A stretch of 64,000 nucleotides of DNA from an uncultured Prevotella sp. (GCA_946186945.1 CAMHPC010000001.1:28555-92554); one strand, 5' to 3'; positions 10,935-22,090 are shown, counted from the stretch's first letter. Numbers and translations: made by a program. Notes: generated from the sequence alone by a model not told the origin.

Positions 10935-11624
10935 TTATTCGTCTTCGTTATGGCAAGTGCGACACTTAGCCATGAAACTGTATGTGAATGATACTCTGAA
11001 GAGTGAGTAGCAGTCGGTGTTCTTGAACAGTCCGCTGCTCTTTATGCCGTATGGGTCGGGCGACCCATCGAGTTTGTCGCTCAATGAGAGGTGCAGTGCC
11101 CATTCCACCGACAGGTTGGTGCGGTCGCCCATCTTGTACTTCACTCCCAGTCCCAAAGGCATGTTGGCTGTAAACACGCTCTTGTCGGCTTTCGCATAGG
11201 TCACGCCTAAGCCACCAAAGATGTATGGTGTGAGGCGCTTGGCACCACGATAGTCGCGACCTGTGCCGTAGGGCCAGAAATTCTGCTCGTACACCACTCC
11301 CACGTCTACCAAGGTGTTGTTGAAGGTATAGAACGCCTGGTCGTCGCCCGGGTGGAAGGTTTCCACATCGGCTGATGAGCCTTTTATCTTGCCGTAGGTG
11401 GCGCTGGCACGCAGTGCTGAGTAGGGGTTGAAGATGCGGCGTGCCATTACAGACCCGGCAAGTTGCACGTTCTTGAAGGGTGATGAACCGTAGTCGCCCA
11501 GATACCCCATGATACCCGCTCCGCCGCCTATCTCGGCGCGGTACTCCACATCGCCCTGTGCACGTGATTGTGTGCTTAAGGTCAGTGCGAGGATGGTAAG
11601 CATGGTGATATAGAGCCTTCTCAT
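10935..11624 (-). CDS. porG: T9SS-associated outer membrane beta-barrel, PorG/DUF6089-like
   Basis: Signal peptide, GYLGD, SDKLDG, KNTDCYS and a C-terminal CRTC; sits upstream of uppS-bamA as in other Bacteroidales. Confidence 0.75.
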   Translation of the reverse strand: MRRLYITMLTILALTLSTQSRAQGDVEYRAEIGGGAGIMGYLGDYGSSPFKNVQLAGSVMARRIFNPYSALRASATYGKIKGSSADVETFHPGDDQAFYTFNNTLVDVGVVYEQNFWPYGTGRDYRGAKRLTPYIFGGLGVTYAKADKSVFTANMPLGLGVKYKMGDRTNLSVEWALHLSLSDKLDGSPDPYGIKSSGLFKNTDCYSLFRVSFTYSFMAKCRTCHNEDE

Positions 11625-11634
11625 CGCGCTGTAC

Positions 11635-13047
11635 TTATTCGGTGATAGCCCTTTCTATTGCCTCCCAACCCAGTTGTGTGAGTCTGCCGCGCCACACTTG
11701 TCCGCTGCCGCTACATACGACCCACAGGAAATTGTCGCTGTCGGTGGCTATGGCTGCCTCGGTGGCATTCATGTCACTGGGCCATGTATAGCGGTCGTCG
11801 CTCATCCATGTCACACCGCTATCGGGTGAATAGTATATCTGGCTGAGGGCTTCGGCGGTGCTCGCGCCTTCGCCTGCCCCACCTATGGCGAGCAGTGCGC
11901 TGCCATACGATACCACTTGCAGGTTTTTGAGCATGGGCAGCAGGAATTTACTGTCGGTGAGTGTGTAGTACATCCACGGTTGGGCAGCATCCGGGTCTAT
12001 TATCTTCGACCATGCCTGTGCCCAAAGGTCTGTGGCATAGGTTGTTGCATCACGGTGCCCGACGAGCAGCAGGCGCTTCACCTGTGCATTGGTGGTGAGA
12101 GTGGATATCATCATGCTCACGTCGGCTGTGGGCAGGAGTGTGGCATCGTGGTCGAGTGTCTCCTCCTCCCATGTCTGTCCCATGTCTGCAGAACTGACAA
12201 GCGTGCCGGTGCTGCTTATGGCATAGAGTTCTTCGGTAGTGGCTCCTATAAGTGTGCTGATGGTGGCATCGGCTGTCTTGGTCCAGTTGGCGCCGTCTTC
12301 ACTCTTCCATATCTCGCTGTCTTTCAGCATGTAGATACTGGTGCCATCGGTCACTATGCGGTGTGATATGTCTGCTGGCAATGTGCCTATGTTGGTATTC
12401 AGGTGCTGCCAGTTTTTGCCCTCGGGTAGTGTGGCGGTGTATATGTGACCCTTCGAAAGTTGGGCACCTACCAAGAAAAGGTGGTTGCCACAGACAAAGG
12501 ACCGTATGTCGGTCAATGAGGCAAGTGCATTGCTGGTGGTAGTCTTGCTCCAGTAAAACTTATCTGCCTCTTGCTGGTGCACGTTCACCTTCACGGTGTA
12601 CTGTCGCTGCCGCTCACCGTTGAGCGAAGTCACCACGAATTTGCGTGCTGTGGTGAAGTTGATGGAGTCGGAACTGGAATAAGCCAGCATGGTATTCTCA
12701 TTCTCGGTATCCAGCAGAGTGATATATCCGGAATTTTTGCTCGTCACCACGCACAGCACATGGGCGGCATCGGTGCCGTAGGGCAATGAGTCGGGGTTGT
12801 ATATCTCACCTTTGTCATGGTCTATATAAAACTTGTAGTCGGCACCGTTGTATGTCGTCTTACTCAGTGTCTCCAGTCCATCGTCGCCCTTGGTGTATGT
12901 GTATTTGTTGAGTGTGCCAAGTGAGAAGGCTATGATGGCAGCATCATCGTAGGCAGAGAGGTCTGTCTCTTCGGTGTCTCCCAGACAGGAGGTGCAAAAC
13001 ATGCTGCATGCTGTCAGCAAAATCAGTAATATGCTTGTTTTTTTCAT
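11635..13047 (-). CDS. DUF6242-like lipoprotein with Asp-box (BNR) repeats
   Basis: Lipobox TSC, IYNPDSLPYGT, and Asp boxes SEDGANW, SADMGQTW and SPDSGVTW. Promoter match caaaatta at 13069-13076. Confidence 0.75.
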   Translation of the reverse strand: MKKTSILLILLTACSMFCTSCLGDTEETDLSAYDDAAIIAFSLGTLNKYTYTKGDDGLETLSKTTYNGADYKFYIDHDKGEIYNPDSLPYGTDAAHVLCVVTSKNSGYITLLDTENENTMLAYSSSDSINFTTARKFVVTSLNGERQRQYTVKVNVHQQEADKFYWSKTTTSNALASLTDIRSFVCGNHLFLVGAQLSKGHIYTATLPEGKNWQHLNTNIGTLPADISHRIVTDGTSIYMLKDSEIWKSEDGANWTKTADATISTLIGATTEELYAISSTGTLVSSADMGQTWEEETLDHDATLLPTADVSMMISTLTTNAQVKRLLLVGHRDATTYATDLWAQAWSKIIDPDAAQPWMYYTLTDSKFLLPMLKNLQVVSYGSALLAIGGAGEGASTAEALSQIYYSPDSGVTWMSDDRYTWPSDMNATEAAIATDSDNFLWVVCSGSGQVWRGRLTQLGWEAIERAITE

Positions 13048-13168
13048 CTATTCCACGCAATTTGGCTGCAAAATTAGAAAGTTTTCCTTAAATAACCCGA
13101 TTTTTCGACATAATATTATGCATTTTAATAAATAAAGGGTCAATTTTAAGGTCTGTTTAGAATTGGGC

Positions 13169-13207
13169 AAAAAAAAGAGGACGATATGAATCGCTCACAT
13201 CGGCCTC
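13169..13207 (-). terminator. Intrinsic terminator of the small transcript at 13169-13376
   Basis: Minus-strand GAGGCCGAUGUGA/UCAUAUCGUCCUC stem followed by U8. Confidence 0.7.
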
Positions 13208-13218
13208 CTGAAAACATC

Positions 13219-13314
13219 TTAACGAGCGTTGGTCTTGCTCAGAGTGACCATACATACGATGGTCATCAGTGCTATAAATCCCAACATCACGCTTGTTTCA
13301 TAATCTAATAACAT
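13219..13314 (-). CDS. 31-aa small hydrophobic membrane peptide (sORF)
   Basis: MLLDYETSVMLGFIALMTIVCMVTLSKTNAR: one TM-like stretch with a basic tail, lying between promoter TAACTTTG (13381-13388) and a terminator. Confidence 0.55.
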   Translation of the reverse strand: MLLDYETSVMLGFIALMTIVCMVTLSKTNAR

Positions 13315-13473
13315 AAATCTTTACCTTAAAATCTATCAAACTACTAACCTAATGAATGGAATGTTCTCACGAACACGATGCAAAGTTATGCACTTTTCGT
13401 ATTACTTGCAAGTATTGGCATGCTGTCTTTTCCAAATAGTGCCTCTTTATTGACATGTGTCAACTATACTTAC

Positions 13474-13512
13474 AAAAAATAGCAGCCCGTCTCGGCAATG
13501 GAGACGGGCTGC
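13474..13512 (-). terminator. pckA intrinsic terminator
   Basis: 12-bp stem gcagcccgtctc/gagacgggctgc plus a U-tract. Confidence 0.85.
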
Positions 13513-13543
13513 ATATAGATGCGCGCTATGGCTAAGCGGTGTC

Positions 13544-15157
13544 TTAGAGTTGAGGACCTGCGGCTACGAGTGCCTTGCCAGCCTCATTGCCCTGATACTT
13601 CACGAAGTTCTTGATGAAACGTGCAGCCAGGTCTTTTGCCTTCTCTTCCCAGATGCTTGCCTCTGCATAGGTGTCGCGTGGGTCGAGGATGTTGGTGTCC
13701 ACACCGGGCAACTCTGTGGGTACCTCGAAGTTGAAGAAAGGTATCTGCTTGGTGGGAGCGGTGTTGATGCTGCCGTTGAGTATTGCATCGATGATACCAC
13801 GTGTGTCCTTGATAGAGATACGCTTGCCGGTACCGTTCCAACCGGTGTTCACCAGGTATGCCTTGGCACCGTTGGCCTCCATCTTCTTCACCAACTCCTC
13901 AGCATACTTTGTGGGATGCAACTCGAGGAATGCCTGGCCGAAGCAAGCAGAGAAGGTAGGTGTGGGCTCGGTGATACCGCGCTCTGTACCAGCCAACTTG
14001 GCTGTGAAGCCAGAGAGGAAGTAGTACTTGGTCTGCTCGGGAGTGAGGATAGATACAGGAGGCAGCACGCCAAAGGCGTCGGCACTGAGGAAAATCACCT
14101 GCTTGGCAGCGGGAGCAGCACTTATCGGGCGAACGATGTTCTTGATGTGGTCGATAGGATAGCTCACGCGGGTGTTCTCGGTCACACTCTTGTCGGCGAA
14201 GTCTATCTTGCCATTCTCGTCCACAGTCACGTTCTCGAGAAGAGCGTTGCGGCGGATAGCGTTGTAGATGTCGGGCTCACTCTCCTTGTCCAGGTTGATA
14301 ACCTTTGCATAGCAGCCACCCTCGAAGTTGAACACGCCGTTGTCGTCCCATCCGTGTTCGTCGTCGCCGATAAGCAGACGCTTGGGGTCGGTGCTCAGTG
14401 TGGTCTTACCTGTGCCGGAGAGACCGAAGAATATGGCGGTGTTCTCGCCGTTCATGTCGGTATTGGCAGAGCAGTGCATAGAAGCGATGCCCTTCAGGGG
14501 CAGGTAGTAGTTCATCATTGAGAACAGACCCTTCTTCATCTCACCACCATACCAGGTGTTGAGTATCACTTGCTCGCGAGAGGTCACGTTGAACACAACG
14601 GCTGTCTCACTGTTCAGACCCAGTTCCTTGTAGTTCTCTACCTTTGCCTTAGAAGCATTGTATACCACGAAGTCGGGCTCCTGAGCCAGTTCCTCGTCGT
14701 TGACGGGACGGATGAACATGTTGGTCACGAAGTGTGCCTGCCATGCCACCTCCACGATGAAGCGAACCTTCATGCGGGTGTCTTTGTTGGCTCCGCAGAA
14801 ACCGTCCACTACATACAGTTTCTTGTTGCACAACTCCTTGATAGCCAACTCTTTCACTGCGGCCCATGTCTCCTTGCTGGCACGGTGGTTGTCGTTCTTG
14901 TATTCTTCAGAAGTCCACCATACGGTGTCATGAGAGTTCTCATCGTCAACGATGAACTTGTCCTTGGGCGAACGACCGGTGTAGATACCTGTCATCACGT
15001 TGACAGCACCCAACTCAGTGAGTTGACCCTTGTCAAAACCAGTCAGATTCTCTTTTGTCTCTTCCTCAAACAGTTGCTCGTAGGAAGGATTGTACATCAC
15101 TTCTGTAGTACCGGTGATACCGTACTTCTCTAATACTGACTTATCAAAATTTGCCAT
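13544..15157 (-). CDS. pckA: Phosphoenolpyruvate carboxykinase (ATP)
   Basis: Motifs [25 protein letters not shown] and NFEGGCYAK. Promoter match at 15222-15229. Confidence 0.98.
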   Translation of the reverse strand: MANFDKSVLEKYGITGTTEVMYNPSYEQLFEEETKENLTGFDKGQLTELGAVNVMTGIYTGRSPKDKFIVDDENSHDTVWWTSEEYKNDNHRASKETWAAVKELAIKELCNKKLYVVDGFCGANKDTRMKVRFIVEVAWQAHFVTNMFIRPVNDEELAQEPDFVVYNASKAKVENYKELGLNSETAVVFNVTSREQVILNTWYGGEMKKGLFSMMNYYLPLKGIASMHCSANTDMNGENTAIFFGLSGTGKTTLSTDPKRLLIGDDEHGWDDNGVFNFEGGCYAKVINLDKESEPDIYNAIRRNALLENVTVDENGKIDFADKSVTENTRVSYPIDHIKNIVRPISAAPAAKQVIFLSADAFGVLPPVSILTPEQTKYYFLSGFTAKLAGTERGITEPTPTFSACFGQAFLELHPTKYAEELVKKMEANGAKAYLVNTGWNGTGKRISIKDTRGIIDAILNGSINTAPTKQIPFFNFEVPTELPGVDTNILDPRDTYAEASIWEEKAKDLAARFIKNFVKYQGNEAGKALVAAGPQL

Positions 15158-15415
15158 TGTTTGATATATTTAAAATGAGTTTATTGTGATTTCTTGTACT
15201 TCACACTCTTAAAAGCCGCAGCAAAGTTACTAAAAAAAAATGCAATTTGCGACGGTATAACGGTAAAAATTAAGTTTTTATGCAACTAAATAGTCTTAAA
15301 GAAGTTAAAATAATTATTCTAACTAACTCTTTTGACACGTTGACGTTGCAAAAATGTATATGGCATTGCCTTCGGCACAGGGCAAGACACTGTAAGGGGC
15401 TGTGGTGGGCACAGA

Positions 15416-16282
15416 CTATTTTTCTGTGCCCAGTTTCTTAAGCCATTTGCCGCCTATCATACATGCTCCTCCTACGATGATGAAGGGTATGCTGAGCAGT
15501 TGACCCATGTCCAGGGGCAGACCCTCCTCGAAGTCCACCTGATTGATTTTAGTAAACTCTATGAAGAAGCGGGCTGTGAAGATGAGAAACAGACACAGAC
15601 CGAAGAAATAGCCTGTACCTACCCTATCCTGTTTGCGACGGTACAAATACAGACCGATGAGGAAGAAAATGAAGTAGGCTATGGCTTCATACAACTGGCC
15701 TGGGTGACGGGGTGCACCGGCATATTCTGGAGCGGCATTCTGAAAGATGAATGCCCATGGCACATCGGTCACCTTACCTATTATCTCAGAGTTCATCAGG
15801 TTGCCCAGACGTATGAAACAGGCTGTGAGGGGCGTGGCAATGGCTATGTTGTCCATCACACGCCATATATTCAGTTTCGTATGCTTGCAATAGAGCCACA
15901 GTGCCAGTATTAGACCTATAGTGCCACCGTGTGATGCCAGACCCTCGTAGCCGGTAAACTTCCACGTGCCGTCTGCCATCTTGTGCATGGGTATGAACAT
16001 CTCGAGTATATGCTCTCCGCTGCTGAGGAAATAACTTGGCTCGTAAAACAGACAATGCCCCAAACGGGCACCTATGAGTATGCCGAAGAAACAGTAGATG
16101 AACAAGGGGTCAAAATCCTTGTCGCGTAACTTCTGATGTTTGTAAAGATACTTTACAATGAAGAATGCTGATGCTAAACCTATGAGCCAGCACAGTGAGT
16201 ACCATCTGATGGAGAATGAGCCTATCTGAAAGGCTACTTCAGAGGGATTCCATACGATATATGAAAATAGGTTTGTGCCCAT
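15416..16282 (-). CDS. lgt: Prolipoprotein diacylglyceryl transferase
   Basis: Motifs [27 protein letters not shown] and HPGQLYE. Confidence 0.96.
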   Translation of the reverse strand: MGTNLFSYIVWNPSEVAFQIGSFSIRWYSLCWLIGLASAFFIVKYLYKHQKLRDKDFDPLFIYCFFGILIGARLGHCLFYEPSYFLSSGEHILEMFIPMHKMADGTWKFTGYEGLASHGGTIGLILALWLYCKHTKLNIWRVMDNIAIATPLTACFIRLGNLMNSEIIGKVTDVPWAFIFQNAAPEYAGAPRHPGQLYEAIAYFIFFLIGLYLYRRKQDRVGTGYFFGLCLFLIFTARFFIEFTKINQVDFEEGLPLDMGQLLSIPFIIVGGACMIGGKWLKKLGTEK

Positions 16283-16291
16283 ACCGTGTAT

Positions 16292-17392
16292 TTATACGTT
16301 GAATCGGAAATGCATGATGTCACCATCTTGCACTACGTAGTCCTTACCTTCTATACCCATCTTACCTGCCTCTTTCACTGCGGCTTCACTGCCATAGTGT
16401 ATGTAATCGTCATACTTGATAACCTCGGCGCGTATGAAGCCTTTCTCAAAGTCGGTATGTATCACTCCTGCGCACTGCGGGGCTTTCCATCCCTTGTGGT
16501 AGGTCCATGCCTTAACCTCCATCTCTCCAGCAGTGATAAAGGTTTCCAGGTTGAGTAGATTGTAAGCCTTTTTGATGAGTCTGTTCACTCCGCTCTCTTT
16601 CAGTCCCAGTTCGTCAAGAAAGAGTTGCTTGTCTTCGTAACTCTCAAACGAGGCTATGTCTTCTTCTGTCTTGGCAGCGATGATGAGCACCTCTGCACCC
16701 TCTTCTTTCGCTATTGCCTCTACACGTGCGGAGTAGTCGTTGCCGGAGAGAGCACTGCTCTCATCCACATTGCATACGTACAGCACAGGTTTGGCAGTGA
16801 GAAGGAAGAGGTCGTGTGCTGCCTGCTGCTCTTCTTTGCTGTCGAATGTCACTATGCGTGCATTCTTGCCTTGTTCCAACACCTCCTTGTAGGCTTGCAT
16901 CACTGCCACGTCTATCTTTGCCTCTTTGTTGCCCGCTGCCGCTGCCTTCTGTTGCTTCTGCAAGCGGTTGTCAATGGTTTCCAGGTCTTTCAGTTGCAGT
17001 TCCAGGTCTATTATCTCCTTGTCGCGTATGGGGTCTATGGTGCCGTCTACGTGTGTGATATTGTCATCGTCGAAACATCTGAGCACATGTATTATGGCAT
17101 CTGTCTCGCGTATGTTGCCAAGAAACTTATTGCCCAGGCCTTCACCCTTCGATGCTCCTTTCACCAGTCCGGCTATGTCTACTATCTCGCATGTAGCGGG
17201 TACTATACGCCCAGGGTGCACTATCTCCGCCAGTCGGTTCAGTCGCTCGTCGGGTACGGTTATCACGCCTACATTGGGCTCTATGGTGCAAAAAGGAAAG
17301 TTGGCTGCCTGCGCCTTTGCGCTCGACAGGCAGTTAAACAATGTCGACTTACCCACGTTGGGCAGTCCTACTATACCGCATTTCAGTGCCAT
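16292..17392 (-). CDS. ychF: Redox-regulated ATPase YchF
   Basis: Motifs GLPNVGKST, NFPFCTIEPN and DIAGLVKGAS, plus a TGS domain. Confidence 0.98.
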   Translation of the reverse strand: MALKCGIVGLPNVGKSTLFNCLSSAKAQAANFPFCTIEPNVGVITVPDERLNRLAEIVHPGRIVPATCEIVDIAGLVKGASKGEGLGNKFLGNIRETDAIIHVLRCFDDDNITHVDGTIDPIRDKEIIDLELQLKDLETIDNRLQKQQKAAAAGNKEAKIDVAVMQAYKEVLEQGKNARIVTFDSKEEQQAAHDLFLLTAKPVLYVCNVDESSALSGNDYSARVEAIAKEEGAEVLIIAAKTEEDIASFESYEDKQLFLDELGLKESGVNRLIKKAYNLLNLETFITAGEMEVKAWTYHKGWKAPQCAGVIHTDFEKGFIRAEVIKYDDYIHYGSEAAVKEAGKMGIEGKDYVVQDGDIMHFRFNV

Positions 17393-17594
17393 TTTCGTTG
17401 CTTTTGTTTTCTCGGTGCAAAATTACGGTAAAAATCAGTGATATGCAAAATTTTGAGCCAGTGAAGTGTAAAATGGTTGTCTGTGTGACTCTATGTGCCG
17501 CTTTTCCGATTTTTGCTTGCATACTTCTGCTATGTCAGTGGCGGCGGTAGTCATAGGCTGATGGGAGGTGAAGAATGACATGTACCCTATGATA

Positions 17595-18242
17595 TCACAT
17601 ATCCAGCAACTCATGAGGATTAGAGATACACATCTCTGCCCCATGTTGCATCAGAAAGTCGTGGTTGCGAAAGCCCCAAAGTACTGATACACAGGGGATA
17701 CCGGCGTTTTTGGCAGTCATGATATCCACTTCCGAATCGCCTACATACACAGCATTTTCGAGACTTATACCCATGCGTCGAATTGCTGCCATCACCAGGT
17801 CGGGGGCTGGCTTTTTGCGTATGCCTGCCGCTTCATCCTCACCCACAGCCATCTCTATCGTGTGTGGAAAGAAATATTGACAAAGACTCTGTGTGGCAGC
17901 CATCATCTTGTTGCTGACCACAGCCAGTCGACAGCCCCGAGCCTTCAATTCTGTCAAGGTTTTCATAATGCCTTCGTATGGACGGGTGGTGTCGAGAGAA
18001 TGTTGCATATAGTGATGCTTGAAGGCTGAAAGTATATTTTCAAATTTGGGATTGTCGGCACCACCCGGAACAGCCCGTATCATCAACATGCGCACGCCAT
18101 TACCCACGAAACTACGGATTTCATTTACGGTGTATTCGGGCATGTCGTAAAGACGTAGGGCATGATTGACTGAGGCTGCCAGATCTGCTATGGTGTCGAG
18201 CAGTGTGCCGTCGAGGTCGAATATGTAGGTGGTGTATTTCAT
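17595..18242 (-). CDS. HAD family hydrolase (phosphoglycolate phosphatase-like)
   Basis: Motifs FDLDGTL, KKPAPD and YVGDS. The ATG overlaps the polA stop (TGATG). Confidence 0.9.
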   Translation of the reverse strand: MKYTTYIFDLDGTLLDTIADLAASVNHALRLYDMPEYTVNEIRSFVGNGVRMLMIRAVPGGADNPKFENILSAFKHHYMQHSLDTTRPYEGIMKTLTELKARGCRLAVVSNKMMAATQSLCQYFFPHTIEMAVGEDEAAGIRKKPAPDLVMAAIRRMGISLENAVYVGDSEVDIMTAKNAGIPCVSVLWGFRNHDFLMQHGAEMCISNPHELLDM

Positions 18243-21010
18243 CAGTGTGCCTCCAACCAGTTGTTGCCCCACCCCATGTCTACTATCAGGGGTACGTTCA
18301 GCGCGAAGGCGTTTTCCATCTCCTCGCGTACTATCTTCTCTACCCTATCCTTCTCTTCGGGCCATACGGTGAAGTTGAGTTCATCGTGTACTTGAAGTAT
18401 CATCTTAGAACGTATCTGTTCATCTTTAAATCGCTTGGAGATACGCACCATTGCCAATTTTATTATGTCGGCTGCGCTGCCCTGAATAGGTGCATTGATG
18501 GCATTGCGTTCGGCAAAACCGCGTACAGTGGAGTTTCCGCTGTTTATGTCGGGCAGGTAGCGGCGGCGGTGTAGCAATGTCTCTACGTAACCCTTTTCGC
18601 GTGCTTCATTTTTTGCCTGTTCCATGTACTGTTGTACCTGTGGAAAGGTTTCAAAGTATCCATCAATAAGCATACGTGCCTCTTTACGCTCGATGTTTAG
18701 TCTCTCTGCCAGTCCAAACACTGTTATGCCGTATATTATGCCAAAGTTGGCACGCTTCGCCTTCGTGCGCTGGTCGCGTGTCACGTCTTTCACATCCTCT
18801 TTATATATCTTGGCAGCAGTAGCAGCGTGTATGTCATATCCCTCGCGGAAAGCCTCTATCATATTCTTGTCGCCACTAAGGTGTGCCATAACACGTAGTT
18901 CTATCTGACTGTAGTCGGCAGAAAGGAAAATCTGTCCTTCATCGGGGATGAATGCTTTTCTGATTTCTTTTCCGTCTTCGCCTCTTACAGGTATGTTTTG
19001 CAGGTTCGGATCACTCGACGACAGTCTGCCGGTGGCAGTGACGGTTTGGTTGAAGGATGTGTGTATATGACCTGTCTTTGGGTTGATCAGTTTAGGCAGT
19101 GCTTCTACGTAAGTGCCCATGAGTTTTTTCAGTCCTCTATAGTCGAGTATGAGCGCAACGATTTCGTGTTTCCCACGTAGTTGTTGTAGCACCTCTTCAT
19201 TGGTCACGTACTGTCCTGTTTTGGTTTTTTTCGGCTTTTCCACAATCTGTAGTTTGCCGAAGAGTATCTCGCCCACCTGTTTTGGAGATGAGATATTAAA
19301 TTTCTCACCTGCCAGTTCGTATATCTGCTCTTCTATTTCCGTCATTCGCAGGCTGAACTGCTTGGAGGTTTCATCTAATGCTGCGGTATCAAGTCGCACG
19401 CCATACATCTCCATCTCTGCCAGAACAGGTATCAGCGGCATTTCTATGTCGTAGAAGAGCGACTCCACCCTACCCTCTTTCATTTTCGGTTCAAGAGCGT
19501 CTTTCAGTTGCAGTGTTATGTCGGCATCCTCGCATGCGTACTCGAAGATTTGAGCGGCACTAAGGTCGCGCATGTTTTTCTGTACCTTCCCCTTCGGACC
19601 TATCAGTTCATCGATATGTATGGTTTGGTAGTTGAGGTATGCTTCTGCCATGTAGTCCATGTTGTGACGCATTTCAGGTTGCAGCAGGTAGTGTGCTACC
19701 ATGGTGTCGAAGATGGGTGCCTGGATTTTCACATTGTAGTTCATCAGCACTTCCATGTCGTACTTGATGTTCTGACCCACCTTCATTATTTTTGTGTGTT
19801 CGAAGAGTGGACGGAAAATATCAACTGTTTTCTGTGCCTCTTCTCTATCTTCTTCCACACTGACATACCATGCTTCGTTTTTTCGCACAGAAAAACTCAT
19901 TCCCACCAATTCTGCATCGATTACGTTGGTGGAAGTGGTCTCTGTATCTAAACTGACAATTTTGTTTGTCAATAAAAAATCACATAGTTTTTTCTTATCT
20001 TCCTCTTTTTCAATTAGATGATAATTGTGAGGGAGTGTTTTAAGGCTCTCAAAACTTTCGTTTTTTGAATTTTCCTGGCTCCCGTCCGTAAATTCTGCAA
20101 ACAAATCGAGTTCGATTTCGTCTTTTTTGGCTTTTTTTTCTGAAGACCTGAGAAATTTGTCTGCCATCGTTCGAAACTCCAGTTCCTGGAAAATGTTTCT
20201 GAGTTTCTTTTCATGAGGCTCTGAAATTTTCATTTCATCCAGATTGAGGTCTATTTCCACATCAGTCCTGATGGTGGCGAGTTTTTTTGAAATCAGAATA
20301 TCATCTGTATGTTCCTCTACTTTTTTCTTCAGTGCTCCTTTTAGCGTACTCACGTTTTTTATCAGATTCTCCACGTCATGAAACTCGCTTATGAGTTTTA
20401 CTGCAGTCTTCTCTCCTACTCCAGGACATCCGGGAAAATTGTCCGCGCTGTCGCCCATGAGTGCCAGCAGGTCTATCACCTGCGTGGTGTCGTCTATATG
20501 ATATTTTTCCTTTACCTCTTCGGTTCCTAAGATTTCATACCCTCCACCGTGTCTGGGTCGGTACATATACACATTTTCGCAGACTAGCTGAGCGTAGTCT
20601 TTGTCGGGTGTCAGCATATATACCTGTGTATCTTTCTTCTCCGATGCTTTTTTTGCCAATGTGCCTATCACATCGTCTGCCTCCATACCGTCAACGGTGA
20701 AAGTAGGTATATTCAGTGCTTGCAGTATATCCTTGATATAAGGTATTGCCTTTGTGATATCCTCAGGTGTTTTCTCACGTTGTGCCTTGTATGGTTCATA
20801 CATTTCATGTCTGAAGGTTGGTCCGTGAGGGTCGAAAGCCACACCTATCCATTCTGGTTTTTCCTTGTCTATTACCTCATGCAGGGTGTTGCAGAAACCC
20901 AATATAGCAGAGGTGTTCAACCCCTTTGAGTTGATCCTGGGAGAGCGCATGAAGGCATAGTACGAACGGTAAACGAGCGCATAGGCATCGATGAGAAACA
21001 TTTTTTTCAT
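18242..21010 (-). CDS. polA: DNA polymerase I
   Basis: 5'-3' exonuclease N-domain, DTETT exonuclease domain, and polymerase motifs DYSQIELR, NFGIIYG and LQVHDEL. Confidence 0.98.
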   Translation of the reverse strand: MKKMFLIDAYALVYRSYYAFMRSPRINSKGLNTSAILGFCNTLHEVIDKEKPEWIGVAFDPHGPTFRHEMYEPYKAQREKTPEDITKAIPYIKDILQALNIPTFTVDGMEADDVIGTLAKKASEKKDTQVYMLTPDKDYAQLVCENVYMYRPRHGGGYEILGTEEVKEKYHIDDTTQVIDLLALMGDSADNFPGCPGVGEKTAVKLISEFHDVENLIKNVSTLKGALKKKVEEHTDDILISKKLATIRTDVEIDLNLDEMKISEPHEKKLRNIFQELEFRTMADKFLRSSEKKAKKDEIELDLFAEFTDGSQENSKNESFESLKTLPHNYHLIEKEEDKKKLCDFLLTNKIVSLDTETTSTNVIDAELVGMSFSVRKNEAWYVSVEEDREEAQKTVDIFRPLFEHTKIMKVGQNIKYDMEVLMNYNVKIQAPIFDTMVAHYLLQPEMRHNMDYMAEAYLNYQTIHIDELIGPKGKVQKNMRDLSAAQIFEYACEDADITLQLKDALEPKMKEGRVESLFYDIEMPLIPVLAEMEMYGVRLDTAALDETSKQFSLRMTEIEEQIYELAGEKFNISSPKQVGEILFGKLQIVEKPKKTKTGQYVTNEEVLQQLRGKHEIVALILDYRGLKKLMGTYVEALPKLINPKTGHIHTSFNQTVTATGRLSSSDPNLQNIPVRGEDGKEIRKAFIPDEGQIFLSADYSQIELRVMAHLSGDKNMIEAFREGYDIHAATAAKIYKEDVKDVTRDQRTKAKRANFGIIYGITVFGLAERLNIERKEARMLIDGYFETFPQVQQYMEQAKNEAREKGYVETLLHRRRYLPDINSGNSTVRGFAERNAINAPIQGSAADIIKLAMVRISKRFKDEQIRSKMILQVHDELNFTVWPEEKDRVEKIVREEMENAFALNVPLIVDMGWGNNWLEAH

Positions 21011-21112
21011 ATTACAGGCAATGTGGGTTATCGGTTAAAAATCGCGTAAAATTACGAATATTTTGCCATTTATCCCGAAAATAATGTAATTTTGTAGCAA
21101 AATTTTTCGGCC

Positions 21113-22090
21113 ATGGATAAATTGACTGTCATAAAGGTACCTATAGAAACAGAATTAAATTGCTTTATCGAAAGGTTCAACGCTTCGCTCACACACACTG
21201 ATGAAATGCTGGGTGATGTGTTGCAGCATATCCGCATGCGCGGTGGTAAACGGATGCGACCCATTCTGACAATGCTCCTTGCCAAGAATTTCTCATCAAT
21301 AACAGATGTGACTATAGATGCTGCCATAGGTCTGGAACTCCTTCATACCGCATCGCTCGTCCATGATGATGTGGTGGATGAAAGTGAAGAGCGCAGAGGA
21401 CAACCCTCTGTAAATGCTTCGTACAATAATAAAGTAGCAGTTCTCGTAGGCGACTATATACTGTCTACAGCTCTTCTCTACGTATCAAAAACACATAACA
21501 CACGTATTATAGAGAGTCTGGCGCAATTGGGCAGAACTCTCTCGCGTGGTGAGATACTGCAACTCAATAATATCATGAATTCAGACATTTCTGAGTCGGT
21601 ATATTACGACGTGATACGCATGAAGACCGCCTCACTCTTCTCGACCTGTGCTGCCATAGGATGTATTTCAGCAGGTTGTGATGAAGACGAGGTACAGTCA
21701 GCCTCTCTCTTCGGCGACCAGATAGGTATGATCTTTCAGATAAAAGATGATATTTTCGATTATTTTGACTCAAAGGATATAGGAAAACCAACAGGCAATG
21801 ATATGATAGAGGGCAAACTTACCCTTCCTGCTATCTTTGCCCTCTCTCGGGCTGATAATGCGGAGATGCTTGCAGTTGCCTACAAGGTGAAAAAACGGGC
21901 TGCCAGCGCCAAGGAAATAGCCTCTCTGGTGGATTTCTCAAAGAAGGAAGGTGGTATAGAATACGCGAAAAGCGTGATGGATAAATTGAACAGTTCCGCA
22001 GCACAATATATCGATAGTCACATCAGAAGGGATGAGGTGGCGGCGGCACTTCATGAGTATTTATCCTTCGTCAGCCAGCGTAATTGGTGA
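21113..22090 (+). CDS. Polyprenyl diphosphate synthase (IspB-like)
   Basis: GGKRMRP and two DDxxD motifs (HDDVVD, KDDIFD). Confidence 0.93.
   Translation: MDKLTVIKVPIETELNCFIERFNASLTHTDEMLGDVLQHIRMRGGKRMRPILTMLLAKNFSSITDVTIDAAIGLELLHTASLVHDDVVDESEERRGQPSVNASYNNKVAVLVGDYILSTALLYVSKTHNTRIIESLAQLGRTLSRGEILQLNNIMNSDISESVYYDVIRMKTASLFSTCAAIGCISAGCDEDEVQSASLFGDQIGMIFQIKDDIFDYFDSKDIGKPTGNDMIEGKLTLPAIFALSRADNAEMLAVAYKVKKRAASAKEIASLVDFSKKEGGIEYAKSVMDKLNSSAAQYIDSHIRRDEVAAALHEYLSFVSQRNW

Larger units (their letters stand above)
13169..13376 (-). ncRNA. Candidate small or dual-function RNA of about 205 nt
   Basis: Own -7 promoter, a 5' hairpin UGUUC-GUGA-GAACA, motifs shared with 61841-61994, and a terminator. 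Confidence 0.5.

Noticed and set aside
13457-14521. 354-aa plus-strand ORF
   Set aside because: Antisense to pckA.
21011-21112. Firm oriC call
   Set aside because: Only 7/9 DnaA-box-like matches, and GC skew could not be resolved by eye; kept only as a hypothesis.
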